From the IMG/VR virus record IMGVR_UViG_3300025517_000001, positions 1 to 64,000 of that record: a stretch of 64,000 nucleotides of DNA, one strand, 5' to 3'. Below the pieces are notes generated by a model that saw only the letters and a list, made by a program, of their open reading frames with translations, was not told the DNA's origin and did not search any database. The first letter of the stretch is position 1, and every line of letters begins with the position of its first letter. Of the stretch, positions 1 through 9,761 are shown piece after piece. The position numbers and the translations under genes are program-made. This DNA comes from a virus.

Positions 1-119
1 TTTTTTTTTTAACGCGAACAGATGTTCTGATAGAACCGGATACAAAAGCGACCTACCTACGAAATGCACTGCTGTTCTATCATGTTGCTAATATGTAGGG
101 ATAAGTCGCTATTCGTACC

Positions 120-308
120 TCAACTGAGCGCCTTACGCACCAACTCAAGCTGACTGATATGCAAGATGTCAGGGTAGGCCCGGCGGTACGCATCCGTGAA
201 TAGAAGCTCCACCTGACCGTTACTATAAATCCAAAAGACTTTCAACTCATCTTGACAACCGGGTATACGAACAATGTCGCCTTGCTCAATCTTAGTAGCT
301 ATTGCCAT
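120..308 (-). CDS. hypothetical small protein (62 aa)
   Basis: ATG at 308 preceded by AAGGAGGG RBS; downstream of two tandem early promoters; no motif recognised. Confidence 0.6.
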   Translation of the reverse strand: MAIATKIEQGDIVRIPGCQDELKVFWIYSNGQVELLFTDAYRRAYPDILHISQLELVRKALS

Positions 309-337
309 TTCGTTTCCCTCCTTGTCTTGTTGATTAT

Positions 338-366
338 ATTTTACTACTCGTTATCTGTACTGTCAA
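338..366 (-). promoter_or_regulatory. sigma-A-type early promoter
   Basis: minus strand TTGACA (361-366) - 17 nt - TAAAAT (338-343); context AGTATTGACAGTA. Confidence 0.6.
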
Positions 367-443
367 TACTGTTTTCGACAAAATGTACATAACTTTTAAT
401 TCGACGTATCGTAGTTGCGTATTAACAGTACGTAACATGGAAT

Positions 444-472
444 ATATTATCACCCGGTTGACAAGATGTCAA
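444..472 (-). promoter_or_regulatory. sigma-A-type early promoter
   Basis: minus strand TTGACA (467-472) - 17 nt - TAATAT (444-449). Confidence 0.5.
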
Positions 473-539
473 TAGTCTTACGATAAATCTTTTGTCAAGT
501 ATTTCACAAAGTGGCAAGATGAAGGGTACAATACCCCTT

Positions 540-1325
540 CTAGCCCCTATATGACCTATCTTGACGGCGGTCTCTCCCGCCAAGAGGTACAATTAGCGTG
601 TTATAGAGCATGCGGGATACGTTAATATCGCCCATGCAATCCGGCTGACGTAGTACGGATTCGACAAGGTTACTGGTGTAGATTGTCGATTTCTGCTCCT
701 CCTTCCGATAGTCGATCACATCGTAAATCAAGTCTCGGATGAAGTTGGTAATACGTCCACTGCCAATGTCGTCCAAGATTAGCAGGGGAACATTCCGCAT
801 CTGCTCCATGTCGCGAAGTGTTTCCTCGTACAGGGAATCATCCCGGTAGCGATCACGGTTATTATTCGCCCACCTGTTAAACTTAACGTACAACGCCAAC
901 GGATTCTCAAAATCGAACCACTCAGGGTTCATGCACGTCTTGTAGATGAACTCGTTTGCGATCGCACACGCCGCAAAAGTCTTACCTGTACCCTTGTTGT
1001 TATGGAACAGGGCTACATTAACACCCTTCTTTACCATATCGACGGGGCGCTCCATAGCCTCCATCAACAGTGAGGCATAGTCTTTATTGTCACTATCTAC
1101 GACGAATGAACGCAGGTTAGCGTTTCGGTACTCTTTGGGAATGCGGGACAATTCCAAAGCACGCTCCAAAACGATGTACCCACTGCATTCATTGTTCAAA
1201 GGGTAGTCCTTCGGAAGAGGGTGGGTACCGTTCTTTCTCCCGCACCAACTACTAACTACGCAATCGACACAGGATTTATACGGAGGTACTTCTGGATTTG
1301 CGAAAAAAGTTGCTGTGTCTTGCAT
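540..1325 (-). CDS. DnaC/DnaI-like helicase loader ATPase
   Basis: Walker A NNKGTGKTF, Walker B LLILDDIG, IstB/DnaC-like layout; TAATG stop/start overlap with upstream replication gene. Confidence 0.8.
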   Translation of the reverse strand: MQDTATFFANPEVPPYKSCVDCVVSSWCGRKNGTHPLPKDYPLNNECSGYIVLERALELSRIPKEYRNANLRSFVVDSDNKDYASLLMEAMERPVDMVKKGVNVALFHNNKGTGKTFAACAIANEFIYKTCMNPEWFDFENPLALYVKFNRWANNNRDRYRDDSLYEETLRDMEQMRNVPLLILDDIGSGRITNFIRDLIYDVIDYRKEEQKSTIYTSNLVESVLRQPDCMGDINVSRMLYNTLIVPLGGRDRRQDRSYRG

Positions 1326-2368
1326 TATGATTCACCCCGCAGTCGTTTGATAAATTCGTTTGGATCCATGCCTCTGTACTCTTGTTGTGGTTCACTGCTT
1401 TCTCGTTTAGGCTTGTAGGACGATTTCTTCTCGATATAAAATGGACGTTTACCTTCCCTAATAAATAGGGAAATTTCGGAAAGTCTTCCAGATGTTCCAA
1501 ACCACTCCAGTGATTTGTTGTCATATCCTATATCGAAGAAGGCGTCAATGTACTTTCTTAGTTCGTGTTTGCTTTCATCCAACTGCCTGAGTGCACGGAC
1601 GATGATTGATCGGTGGACAGTATCTGTTACAGGGTGGGCACTACCTGTTAAATCAAAGTACTTACGGTAGAAGTAGTCCCTAAAATCATCTGTACCCCAC
1701 GTACTCTCATCACGCTTCAGGTAGTGTTCCTTTTTACCTTTTTTGTTGGTGGGGGCCACCGATGGTTGTGCAGTCGGAGTTTTAGACTTCACTCTAGGGA
1801 TAAATGCCAATGTAGGTGCGCCTCCTTCTATAATTGCCACCAAGTCATCTTCGATTCCCTTCATTGATTCATCCGAGCAGTTTAGGTTATGGAGGGGCAT
1901 TTTCTGCTCTACCGTCTTTATCAGGTAGTTGAATGCCTCGTGTAGCTTATCCCATTTACATTTGGGCACTCTACGTATCACACTGTCTAGTGCAGTCCAA
2001 AGCATCTCTGATACACGCAGGGCGTGTATTTCATGAGCATCTTTTAGATAATAGTCATTAGATTTACCTTGCCCTCTCCTAACTTTTAGGATAAATCCCT
2101 TATCTACCAGTTCCCTGATGTACTTAACTACGCTTTTGGTCGTCATGTTGCATGCTATAGCAATTCTATGCACACTAGGGAACGCAGAACGTCCATGTTC
2201 GTAGACGTAATTTGATAGGTAGTTGTATACAACCTTCGCCTGAGCAGACAATCCGATACACGCCACAATCATTCGCGGCACTTGGACGAACCCGCGATGA
2301 AACGAGTCCCCGTGGATGAACTGCTTTTCAGGTGAGAGGAGTATTTGTGAGTCGTACTTGTCGGCCAA
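1325..2368 (-). CDS. putative replication initiator / origin-binding protein (winged-helix)
   Basis: wHTH-like segment HRIAIACNMTTKSVVKYIRELVDKGFILKVRRG; TTG start after GGGGGTGA; translationally coupled to the loader gene. Confidence 0.5.
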   Translation of the reverse strand: MADKYDSQILLSPEKQFIHGDSFHRGFVQVPRMIVACIGLSAQAKVVYNYLSNYVYEHGRSAFPSVHRIAIACNMTTKSVVKYIRELVDKGFILKVRRGQGKSNDYYLKDAHEIHALRVSEMLWTALDSVIRRVPKCKWDKLHEAFNYLIKTVEQKMPLHNLNCSDESMKGIEDDLVAIIEGGAPTLAFIPRVKSKTPTAQPSVAPTNKKGKKEHYLKRDESTWGTDDFRDYFYRKYFDLTGSAHPVTDTVHRSIIVRALRQLDESKHELRKYIDAFFDIGYDNKSLEWFGTSGRLSEISLFIREGKRPFYIEKKSSYKPKRESSEPQQEYRGMDPNEFIKRLRGES

Positions 2369-2490
2369 ACACCTTCACCCCCGCTGTATCCATCGGGTAT
2401 AGTATAAGGATAGTTATCTAGTTATTAACACTAATATTACACGTTTCCTCCTGAGTATTATTAATACTCAACTGGCGTATTATCACCATC

Positions 2491-3072
2491 TTAGGCATTT
2501 CTAATATCTTCCTTGTACTCTTTGGAGTTTACCAGTTGACTGGTAAAGCGCTTGATGTCCAGTTCAATGATTTTTGATTTACTGTCGATGCTCTTAATGC
2601 TCTCATCCACAGACTTCTTTTTGTCCTGAATGACTTTGAGTTGCTCTTTCAGGATTGCTTCCTGCTGTGCTAGGGATTCGCTCTCATGCTTCAGCTTGTC
2701 CAGTTCTTCTGTTACTGCGCGGTCTGCCTCTTCCTTTTCCGCCGCCAGTTTGCGAATCTCATTAAGCAATCCTTTTGCTACTTGCAGGTTCAGTTCGGCG
2801 GGGAATCCAAAATCAACCCTGTAAACCGTTACCACAGCATCGTTTGTAGTGTTCAATACAAACACGATATCGTTATGAATGTAGTAGTTGCGGGTAATGT
2901 TATCCCCGATTTGCCCCTTGTAGATGAACTCCGCGTATTCCAGTGTCTTGTTGATATGGTCTTTAACCTTGTCAGCGTTGAGTGTAATGTATTCGTTGCG
3001 CTCGCGGATGTCTTTGATGCCTACAATCCTTTCCACCCACCGCTCAATTGAATGTTTAGTACAGTTTATCAT
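2491..3072 (-). CDS. hypothetical protein with C-terminal coiled coil
   Basis: start moved to ATG 3072 (MINCTKHS) behind AAAGGGAG RBS because the class-2 promoter motif overlaps the longer ORF; heptad-rich K/E C-terminus. Confidence 0.6.
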   Translation of the reverse strand: MINCTKHSIERWVERIVGIKDIRERNEYITLNADKVKDHINKTLEYAEFIYKGQIGDNITRNYYIHNDIVFVLNTTNDAVVTVYRVDFGFPAELNLQVAKGLLNEIRKLAAEKEEADRAVTEELDKLKHESESLAQQEAILKEQLKVIQDKKKSVDESIKSIDSKSKIIELDIKRFTSQLVNSKEYKEDIRNA

Positions 3073-3097
3073 ATAACCACTCCCTTTCATTTTTACT

Positions 3098-3137
3098 TCT
3101 CACTTATACTGTCGCATTTTATATTAGCGGGTTGCAA
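3098..3137 (-). promoter_or_regulatory. class-2 conserved promoter-like motif
   Basis: minus strand TTGCAAC-N17-GACAGTATAAGTGAGAAG; one of five copies, each just upstream of RBS+start. Confidence 0.55.
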
Positions 3138-3140
3138 AGA

Positions 3141-3171
3141 AATAAAAAAAAAAGAGTAGCTTTCGCTACTC
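3141..3171 (-). terminator. rho-independent terminator
   Basis: minus strand GAGTAGC-GAAA-GCTACTC followed by T10; overlaps the stop of CDS 3170..3355. Confidence 0.7.
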
Positions 3172-3355
3172 AGTCACTATCATCTGCCAATTGAATACCA
3201 AACTCATCCACTAAAGCCATGAACAGCTTTTTACTGATTTCCTTTTCTTGTACAGCATCCCAATTACCTAGTTGAAGGAAGAACTTTCCATCACGTTCGA
3301 TGGCGATAACTTCACCGTAATGATTGCTAAGTCCTGTCGAGACTTTAATCTTCAT
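3170..3355 (-). CDS. hypothetical small protein (61 aa)
   Basis: ATG 3355 (MKIKVST) behind GGAGG + 6 nt; the longer ORF-track start lacks an RBS. Confidence 0.55.
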   Translation of the reverse strand: MKIKVSTGLSNHYGEVIAIERDGKFFLQLGNWDAVQEKEISKKLFMALVDEFGIQLADDSD

Positions 3356-3545
3356 TAAATTCCTCCGCCGCCAGTGCTCTAATTTCCAATTGCAGGTAGC
3401 CGGTACCGTCACGTAAGTTAGCTGTAACCTCTGGTTTTGGTTTTAAAGCGTCTTTCATTGTCATACTTACGCCGTACCTTGTACCGAACGTCAGCGCCTT
3501 AAATAACCTTCTCGTCTCCTCTTCTGACAATTTCTGTCTATCCAT
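3345..3545 (-). CDS. hypothetical small protein (66 aa)
   Basis: ORF in the operon with short overlaps to both neighbours; weak GGTGA RBS. Confidence 0.45.
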   Translation of the reverse strand: MDRQKLSEEETRRLFKALTFGTRYGVSMTMKDALKPKPEVTANLRDGTGYLQLEIRALAAEEFNED

Positions 3546-3768
3546 TTGCGATCACCGCCCCAGACATGCGTTGTACAATAGTATGAACTTCCTCTTGCAC
3601 AGTGGCTTGAATGTTAACCTTAACCATAGCTTCCGCCACAGCCTTGGTAATTTCTTCCTGACTAATAGATGAAATGATTTGCGAAGTAACTTCAGGCAAA
3701 ATCTCATTAATAGCTTTCCTTGATTCGTCGCGAATGATAGCTTCGATAGATAGCCCGCCCAAGCGCAC
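3538..3768 (-). CDS. hypothetical small protein (76 aa)
   Basis: GTG start, weak RBS; same-strand operon context. Confidence 0.45.
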   Translation of the reverse strand: MRLGGLSIEAIIRDESRKAINEILPEVTSQIISSISQEEITKAVAEAMVKVNIQATVQEEVHTIVQRMSGAVIANG

Positions 3769-3799
3769 TTTTACCCATTGATTTGTACAAAGTCATCAC

Positions 3800-3895
3800 T
3801 TATGTAGCTCCACTCAATGTATACAGGAACAGGGGTATGTTCACCCCACCGCAGATGGTGGCGACGACGTTGAATAAAGTAGAAAGGAATTTCAT
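3800..3895 (-). CDS. possible 31-aa hydrophobic peptide (MKFLSTLFNVVATICGGVNIPLFLYTLSGAT)
   Basis: AAGGAGG 9 nt upstream of ATG 3895; an alternative 43-aa frame (3771..3902) starts only 2 nt after the same RBS. Confidence 0.3.
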   Translation of the reverse strand: MKFLSTLFNVVATICGGVNIPLFLYTLSGAT

Positions 3896-3933
3896 TACTC
3901 ATTACCTCCTTATATGGACGCCTAATAGACCGC

Positions 3934-4212
3934 CTAATCGGTATTTTGGTCTATCCTTCTAATCGCGTACTTCCAGTGCTCTCCTCCGTCGATGTACTCA
4001 TAAGGGATTCCATTGTCTTTTAGGAACCCAATAACTTCTGAGAAGCTAACAAGGTTATTTGTATATACAAACCCCTTATCGACAATCTGATTCAGAACTG
4101 CCACCGTCTCTTTTACGTTTATTCGTCTGGCTCGCTCCTCTAATCTTTTCCGCAGAATAGAGGCTTGACTCTGGCGGAAGCGATTAAGGCCGCCTAATCG
4201 CTCGTGATACAT
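3934..4212 (-). CDS. hypothetical protein (92 aa)
   Basis: ATG 4212 behind GAGAGGTGAG; overlaps the end of the SNF2 gene. Confidence 0.55.
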   Translation of the reverse strand: MYHERLGGLNRFRQSQASILRKRLEERARRINVKETVAVLNQIVDKGFVYTNNLVSFSEVIGFLKDNGIPYEYIDGGEHWKYAIRRIDQNTD

Positions 4213-5915
4213 TCTTTCTCACCTCTCAGTACTGACAGAATCTTTTGCGTACTCATCGGAGTCTCTACGGTGGAGTCAATCACATACTGTTTTTCTGCAA
4301 GCAGTTCTTCGATTCTTTCGTCGATGGTGTCCCGTGCAATAATGGAGTATACGTTTACTGAGCCTGTCGTTCCTCCCTCTTGACCGAACCTCCAACAGCG
4401 TCCGATACACTGGGAAATATAGGCGGGAGACCAAGGCTTGGAGGTAAAGATTACATTCGAGCCTGCCGTTCCTGTCCACCCCTCGCGGCTAGCTGATTCG
4501 CAACAGAAGATTACCTTACAGGTCTCATCCTCTTGGAATTTATCCACCTGCTTCTGACGCTCTGATACTTCATCCCCATCCTTAGCCTGTGAGGAAATGT
4601 CTCCGTGCATGATCGCGGGATTGTACTTGTCTTTAAAATACTCATACATGATGATAGTAAACCTCTTTGATCGCGAGAATACGATTGCCTTTTCCCCGCG
4701 ATTGACAATCTCTTCTAGCAACTCCTCCAGTGCGGCCAGTTTAGCACTGCCTTGCTTACCTTTCGCGCCGCCTACAATCTCCGTAGATTCGGTAACCTGC
4801 ATGAGGCGAGCGTACTTGGCCAGTTCGGATGGAATGTCTTCAAACTCCAAGTCCTCAAATTCGTATGTTTCGTCTGCCAACTCAACCTCCTTATACAGTT
4901 TCTTCTGCGTAGGTGTCAGCTCCACATAGATTGGTTTAGGAATGACGGGCGGCAGGTCAAGCACCTGAGACTTCAACCGTCTAAGCATATTAGACTGAAG
5001 GATTGTTTTAAACTCACCTACGTTTTTGTATCCAACCACCCTGTCATATTGACCGAGAATACAGAACTTGCGTTGGAACTGGAACCAATTATAAGGCATA
5101 ACACCCATCCATGCAAGAATGTTATAGCAGTCTGCTAGTTCGTTAATGACCGGGGTGGCAGTAATCCCGTAACGCTGAGGCGTCCATATTTTATGGATGT
5201 CCTTTCCGATCTGAGACAGAAGATTGCGGGCCTTATGCATCTCGTCGCAATACATTACGCCGAATGACTTTACATTATGCAGGTTGATTACATGGTCAAT
5301 ATCAGTACGGAATAGTTCGTAGGACATTACGACTAGGTGCACGTCCGACTTTTCAAGTTGATAGTACATATCCACCCGTTTTTTAGGTGTGCCGCCTAAT
5401 ACAACTACATTCATGTCCGTAAACTTCTTAGCTTGCTTATAGACGTCATATGTCAAGGACGCCTTTGTAACGAACAGTCCCCAAGGGGTCAGCCCATGCT
5501 GTACTTTGGCCTCGTGGCTACAGAGAACTACAGGGGTTTTACCTACACCTTCCTGATCTGCCACCAGTAGTGAATCACGTTGCATCATGAGGTTGAAGGC
5601 TTTAATTTGGTGCGGGCGGAGTGGAGTCTTAGGCGTATACGGTACGATATAGTCATCTGGAATATCTGTTGTATCAATCCCGCCCGTTAACGCACCCATG
5701 CTGTCGCCTTCTGCCTTCCAAATGACCATGTAGTCATATGTCTTGATGTACAACTCTTCTAGTTTATCATAGGGGAGGCCGTAAGTCATTGGCTCTAAAG
5801 CCTTAAACCAACCCTCGATACTCGTGATAATGGAGATGAGTTGAGCATCAAGGCGAAGCACCTTAATCTTTAGGCAGTCCTTGTTGTCTACACGTACTTT
5901 CGTTACCTCAATCAT
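4194..5915 (-). CDS. SNF2-family (DEAD/DEAH-like) helicase
   Basis: DEXH box YCDEMHKARN, motif III GITATPVINE, motif VI QCIGRCWRFGQ; 573 aa. Confidence 0.85.
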   Translation of the reverse strand: MIEVTKVRVDNKDCLKIKVLRLDAQLISIITSIEGWFKALEPMTYGLPYDKLEELYIKTYDYMVIWKAEGDSMGALTGGIDTTDIPDDYIVPYTPKTPLRPHQIKAFNLMMQRDSLLVADQEGVGKTPVVLCSHEAKVQHGLTPWGLFVTKASLTYDVYKQAKKFTDMNVVVLGGTPKKRVDMYYQLEKSDVHLVVMSYELFRTDIDHVINLHNVKSFGVMYCDEMHKARNLLSQIGKDIHKIWTPQRYGITATPVINELADCYNILAWMGVMPYNWFQFQRKFCILGQYDRVVGYKNVGEFKTILQSNMLRRLKSQVLDLPPVIPKPIYVELTPTQKKLYKEVELADETYEFEDLEFEDIPSELAKYARLMQVTESTEIVGGAKGKQGSAKLAALEELLEEIVNRGEKAIVFSRSKRFTIIMYEYFKDKYNPAIMHGDISSQAKDGDEVSERQKQVDKFQEDETCKVIFCCESASREGWTGTAGSNVIFTSKPWSPAYISQCIGRCWRFGQEGGTTGSVNVYSIIARDTIDERIEELLAEKQYVIDSTVETPMSTQKILSVLRGEKECITSD

Positions 5916-5925
5916 GCAATCACCC

Positions 5926-6096
5926 TTAATAACCTAGTAATGCCGATACCTTTTCGATGATTTCAGTGGCCTGTGTCCTGATATAGGACAAGCGTTCGTC
6001 CTCATCGGTAAACTCACATTCGTCTAAAGCGGCCATAGAGACAGTCTCTATCTCTTCCGCCGCCTGTAGGATTTCCTCTAGTCTATCTCGTACCAC
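5926..6096 (-). CDS. possible small acidic protein (56 aa)
   Basis: GTG 6096 behind AAGGGGG + 8 nt; below the 60-aa ORF-track cutoff; fills the gap upstream of the helicase. Confidence 0.4.
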   Translation of the reverse strand: MVRDRLEEILQAAEEIETVSMAALDECEFTDEDERLSYIRTQATEIIEKVSALLGY

Positions 6097-6239
6097 TTCA
6101 AGCACCCCCTTAAAACACTTTCAATTATAATGTCACCGCCCACACGTACGTGGTTGCGGCAGGTAAAAAATTATATAGTAATTTGATATTGTTAATACTT
6201 ATAGTTGGGTATTTATGATGGAGGGCGGTTACCCTCCGA

Positions 6240-6782
6240 CTACACTTTACCCACAGTATTATATTTCAGTCCTTTACTGGACAGATATTCGCTCACAGAC
6301 TTGCCCGACTTACGGGCGTAATACTTCAGTGAGTTGTACATGCTTTCATCCTTCCATACCCCTGTGATAACACCGTCTGCGTTTTTAAACGCTTCCAGTG
6401 CCTCTAGCAGGGCCTCTTCCGTTCTTATGTTGTCGTGTACGGGTGTCAGCCCCCACCGCCTAATGACATCCGCAGGAGAGCCATAGTCATACAGTCTAAG
6501 GTAATACTTCAGGTGATCGCGGCGGAGTACAGAGAGATTAACCGTAGTTCCTAGCTTCCACTGAATGTATCGCTTCAACTGCATTTCCTCATCATCCACA
6601 TGATAAGGTACCAGAATTTCTAACTGGTGGTCAATAGACTTTAACCCCGCCCTTAGATGAAGCAGTGTTTGCTCGTTTCGGATTAACCTTCTCAACACAG
6701 GATCGTCAACGGTGTCAATGTGAATGACTTTGTTATGGGCGTAGGGAAGAAGCCTCTTTGCTGTATGCACCATTCCGCCCAT
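6240..6782 (-). CDS. hypothetical protein (180 aa)
   Basis: ATG 6782 (MGGMVHTAK) behind AGGGAGGGG + 5 nt, just after the stop of the upstream gene. Confidence 0.6.
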   Translation of the reverse strand: MGGMVHTAKRLLPYAHNKVIHIDTVDDPVLRRLIRNEQTLLHLRAGLKSIDHQLEILVPYHVDDEEMQLKRYIQWKLGTTVNLSVLRRDHLKYYLRLYDYGSPADVIRRWGLTPVHDNIRTEEALLEALEAFKNADGVITGVWKDESMYNSLKYYARKSGKSVSEYLSSKGLKYNTVGKV

Positions 6783-6798
6783 GATTTCCCCTCCCTTA

Positions 6799-7074
6799 TT
6801 ATTCGTCTTCTTTTGGTTCGATACCGAACAACCCATCTACAGTAGTTCCAAAGAACTGTGCAAGTAGAAATGCCAGAGTGACGGACGGGCTGTAGGAGCC
6901 GCTTTTAATCATGCTGATAGTATAGGGCTTTACTCCGCAAAATTCACCTGCCGCCTCGTACACCTCCTGTAGTGTTACCCGCCCGCCTCGTTCTTTCATC
7001 ATCTCCGCCTGCTTGAGACGGACATACTTCTCCATGTTGTTCGTTACTTTATACGGAAATATCGCTTTCGCCAT
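6799..7074 (-). CDS. XRE-family helix-turn-helix transcriptional regulator
   Basis: HTH-like segment LQEVYEAAGEFCGVKPYTISMIKSGSYSPSVTLAFLLAQFF. Confidence 0.6.
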   Translation of the reverse strand: MAKAIFPYKVTNNMEKYVRLKQAEMMKERGGRVTLQEVYEAAGEFCGVKPYTISMIKSGSYSPSVTLAFLLAQFFGTTVDGLFGIEPKEDE

Positions 7075-7107
7075 AGTGTCACCGCTTTCTGATTGATACT
7101 CTTAGTA

Positions 7108-7533
7108 TTATTTTACCTTAATGGTTATCTTATTATCCTCTTCCTTTGCAAATTGTTTGGCATGTTCCAGTATCGCCATAACTGAGGCATGCACCGTAAT
7201 CATATCCTGTATGGCAAATTCTACGGGGTAGAAGGTGACCGTACCGTACACGTTTTGGACTTCCCATGTGCGGCGGTCATACTCAAATCCGAACCCCTTC
7301 AAAATACCTGCGGCAAGATACTCGTGCCTAATGATGTCGTCGGTGATAGCTTTAAACTCTTGCCTGTACACTCCGCCCTCTCCACCCTCTCCGTACTCTA
7401 TAATGCCTTCACGGATGACCGGGCGGAAGTTGCGTACTAGCTCTGGGTGTTCATCTCTCCAGTCAAGTAACCTAGTTAGGTCTTGAACACCTTCAATGAC
7501 AATCAGCTTGCCTTTTATAGGCTGTGTGAACAC
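7108..7533 (-). CDS. hypothetical protein (141 aa)
   Basis: GTG 7533 behind AAAGGGG + 9 nt. Confidence 0.55.
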   Translation of the reverse strand: MFTQPIKGKLIVIEGVQDLTRLLDWRDEHPELVRNFRPVIREGIIEYGEGGEGGVYRQEFKAITDDIIRHEYLAAGILKGFGFEYDRRTWEVQNVYGTVTFYPVEFAIQDMITVHASVMAILEHAKQFAKEEDNKITIKVK

Positions 7534-7681
7534 TTCCCGTAACCCCTTTCTTTAGCTTCCGCCATTTAGAGGAGTTGGGGCGGTTCCCCCGCCCACTAAT
7601 CGACGCCTAACAACCTTTCCGCAAGAACGAACAGAAGCGGTTCAAACAATGTTGGGATACTTATTATGGCACCGTCTTTGC

Positions 7682-7798
7682 TCACATCATTATACCTTCT
7701 GGCATTACTGCCGTCTGTCTAAACTTACTGTACTCTTTGAACGCCTGCTTCAATTCATCTGTACTTAACATTCTGAAACGTGCTTCAATTGTCATCAT
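7682..7798 (-). CDS. hypothetical small protein (38 aa)
   Basis: ATG 7798 behind AAGGAGGG + 6 nt; the longer ORF-track version overlaps the upstream gene and lacks an RBS. Confidence 0.45.
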   Translation of the reverse strand: MMTIEARFRMLSTDELKQAFKEYSKFRQTAVMPEGIMM

Positions 7799-7811
7799 GG
7801 ACAACCCTCCT

Positions 7812-8435
7812 TTAAGAAGTTGTATCGGAATATTTTTCTTCCAACAATTGTTTGAGTATACATGCCATGTAGTAATCACGGTCTTTGCTTAGGCTACCGA
7901 TCATACGTGTAACTTTGATTGCTCCATATGTTCCCATAAGGTGCTGAATGACCGTCCGCGCCTTTGTGGTAACCTCCATCCCTGTCACTTCCTCAAAGTA
8001 GTCTACAACCTCTTCTTCCTCCTGCGATGGGATGTACCCGAATCCGTATTTCATCCACCGACGAATCATACCGACTACGTAAGGGAAGTTACGCTTCTGA
8101 TCACCTTTCTTGCTCGCTACGTGCATGGCTTCCAGTATCCATTCAAAGGCGGGGAGACTGCGATTAGAGAGGATGCGGTAGTATTCTCCGATTCCCTCCC
8201 GCACGTCATCCGAAACATACCCCATCAGGTCATTGAAAATATCTCCCAATTGGGCAATCGCTTCTGAATCGTCAGAGGGCTTTTCATACCGAGTAGCATA
8301 AGTTTGAATCAGGTTATCAGCTACAGGCTCGCTTACAGGGGCATCTTTCACAAAAAGGTCAGTCAGTTTATCATTACCCGTTACATTTTTAGCGCTCATT
8401 TGCAAAAACCCTCCCGTACCGTATTGTGCTTTCAT
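7812..8435 (-). CDS. DnaD-domain (DnaB_2-like) replication protein
   Basis: DnaD-type segment AFEWILEAMHVASKKGDQKRNFPYVVGMIRRWMKYG, with a second similar repeat; GAAGGAG RBS. Confidence 0.55.
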   Translation of the reverse strand: MKAQYGTGGFLQMSAKNVTGNDKLTDLFVKDAPVSEPVADNLIQTYATRYEKPSDDSEAIAQLGDIFNDLMGYVSDDVREGIGEYYRILSNRSLPAFEWILEAMHVASKKGDQKRNFPYVVGMIRRWMKYGFGYIPSQEEEEVVDYFEEVTGMEVTTKARTVIQHLMGTYGAIKVTRMIGSLSKDRDYYMACILKQLLEEKYSDTTS

Positions 8436-8583
8436 GTTGTTTCACTCCTTCTACTGCAATGACTTACCATTTCCATTTTCTTAATTCTTCAATAAGGACA
8501 GTAGTCAAGAACCCGTGTTTTTGTTCCCAATTCTTCAGGTATGCTTCCCATCGGAACGTCCAGTAAGTTTTCCGTATGGCCCG

Positions 8584-8748
8584 TCATACAGGGAACCCAA
8601 GCAGGATTAAGTACCATCTGCCTTGAACTTTGTAATCATATGTGTTATCAAAACTTGCTTGAATAAGCATGCCAATTAAACCAGAAAGAATCAATGTGAC
8701 CGCTTGGTTAGGTTCAAAGAATTTGTCTAAGATTTTCATTTCCGCCAT
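8584..8748 (-). CDS. small membrane protein
   Basis: hydrophobic stretch AVTLILSGLIGMLIQ and C-terminal WYLILLGFPV; start uncertain (ATG 8748 or 8739). Confidence 0.4.
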   Translation of the reverse strand: MAEMKILDKFFEPNQAVTLILSGLIGMLIQASFDNTYDYKVQGRWYLILLGFPV

Positions 8749-8783
8749 CCTGATTGTTTGGGGTGTGGGGCGGCGCGGCCCCA

Positions 8784-9155
8784 CTATTCGATCGAACTAC
8801 CGCAATTCTGACATACTGGCTTCAACGAATACTTGCCTTTACGTTCGGATTTCGTACCGTCCCACAACGTGCCGCAATTGTCGCATTTAATGTCTTTGTA
8901 GGTAAAAATATCTTCCACGTTGCAGTTAAAGAATCTAGCAATCTTCATGGCTAGAGGCAAAGACGGCTGATTCAACCCGCGCTTAATCATTACGATTGTA
9001 TCGCGGCTAACCCCGCAATACGTTGCTACTTCCTGCTCCACCTCGCTGATATTTACCTTCAACCCGCCTTTTTCTGCGATACGCTGTGCTTGTAGCAAGG
9101 CAAGTCGCCTAGCTAGGTTGTTCGTAGTCGTGTATGTCATAAGCGACCGTGCCAA
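8784..9155 (-). CDS. XRE-family HTH regulator with C-terminal zinc ribbon
   Basis: HTH EVATYCGVSRDTIVMIKRGLNQPSLPLAMKIARFF plus CDNCG...CQNCG; TTG start behind AAGGAGGGAGGA. Confidence 0.65.
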   Translation of the reverse strand: MARSLMTYTTTNNLARRLALLQAQRIAEKGGLKVNISEVEQEVATYCGVSRDTIVMIKRGLNQPSLPLAMKIARFFNCNVEDIFTYKDIKCDNCGTLWDGTKSERKGKYSLKPVCQNCGSSIE

Positions 9156-9237
9156 CTGTAATTCCTCCCTCCTTATTGTATTCGGTGCGGCGGGAGCACC
9201 TTTAGTACCCCGCCGTCATCAACTCCTTACAGTTACT

Positions 9238-9266
9238 ATTGTACTGACCTTAGAAAGTATTGTCAA
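9238..9266 (-). promoter_or_regulatory. sigma-A-type early promoter
   Basis: TTGACA (9261-9266) - 17 nt - TACAAT (9238-9243); context AGTATTGACAATAC. Confidence 0.65.
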
Positions 9267-9342
9267 TACTATTTTTGAGATTATCACGTCATACTGCCGC
9301 TATAATCCGAGATATTCTTCAAGGCCGTATAACTGATCGTTT

Positions 9343-9672
9343 CTACTCAACCCATCTGTAGGTGAACCCAAGACCATTTAACAGCGTCTCCAATCCGCAG
9401 GCTCCATCCAGTCGAACAGAACCATCATCATATCGGTACAATCCGTAAAAATTGTGTTCTGGTTTTACGAATTGCTTCAGCCAGTCTGCAAGTGCTACTC
9501 CTTTCATATCGTACCCGCCGCCCTTGCAACTTCCTACTTTGTACCCTTCTACATAGGCTGTGCAGATGTTGTAGCCATATGTGTCACGTGCTCGGCTGAC
9601 TGTCCATTTGAATTTAACAACATACTCCCTATCATCTTTTTTCAGCAGAAGAATTTGAGTACTGCGTGCCAT
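9343..9672 (-). CDS. hypothetical protein (109 aa)
   Basis: ATG behind GGGAGG; own promoter at 9707-9735. Confidence 0.65.
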   Translation of the reverse strand: MARSTQILLLKKDDREYVVKFKWTVSRARDTYGYNICTAYVEGYKVGSCKGGGYDMKGVALADWLKQFVKPEHNFYGLYRYDDGSVRLDGACGLETLLNGLGFTYRWVE

Positions 9673-9706
9673 TCTATTTACCTCCCGTGATTTATCTTAT
9701 ACTTTG

Positions 9707-9735
9707 ATTATACATTCGTAATATGTTACTGTCAA
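9707..9735 (-). promoter_or_regulatory. sigma-A-type early promoter
   Basis: TTGACA (9730-9735) - 17 nt - TATAAT (9707-9712). Confidence 0.65.
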
Positions 9736-9761
9736 TGCCTTTTTGATATACTTTTAATACG

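Noticed and set aside
1-30. T10 run at the window start followed by the small palindrome GAACAGATGTTC
   Set aside because: This may be the tail of a + strand terminator whose hairpin lies outside the window, or a genome end. It cannot be judged from the available sequence.
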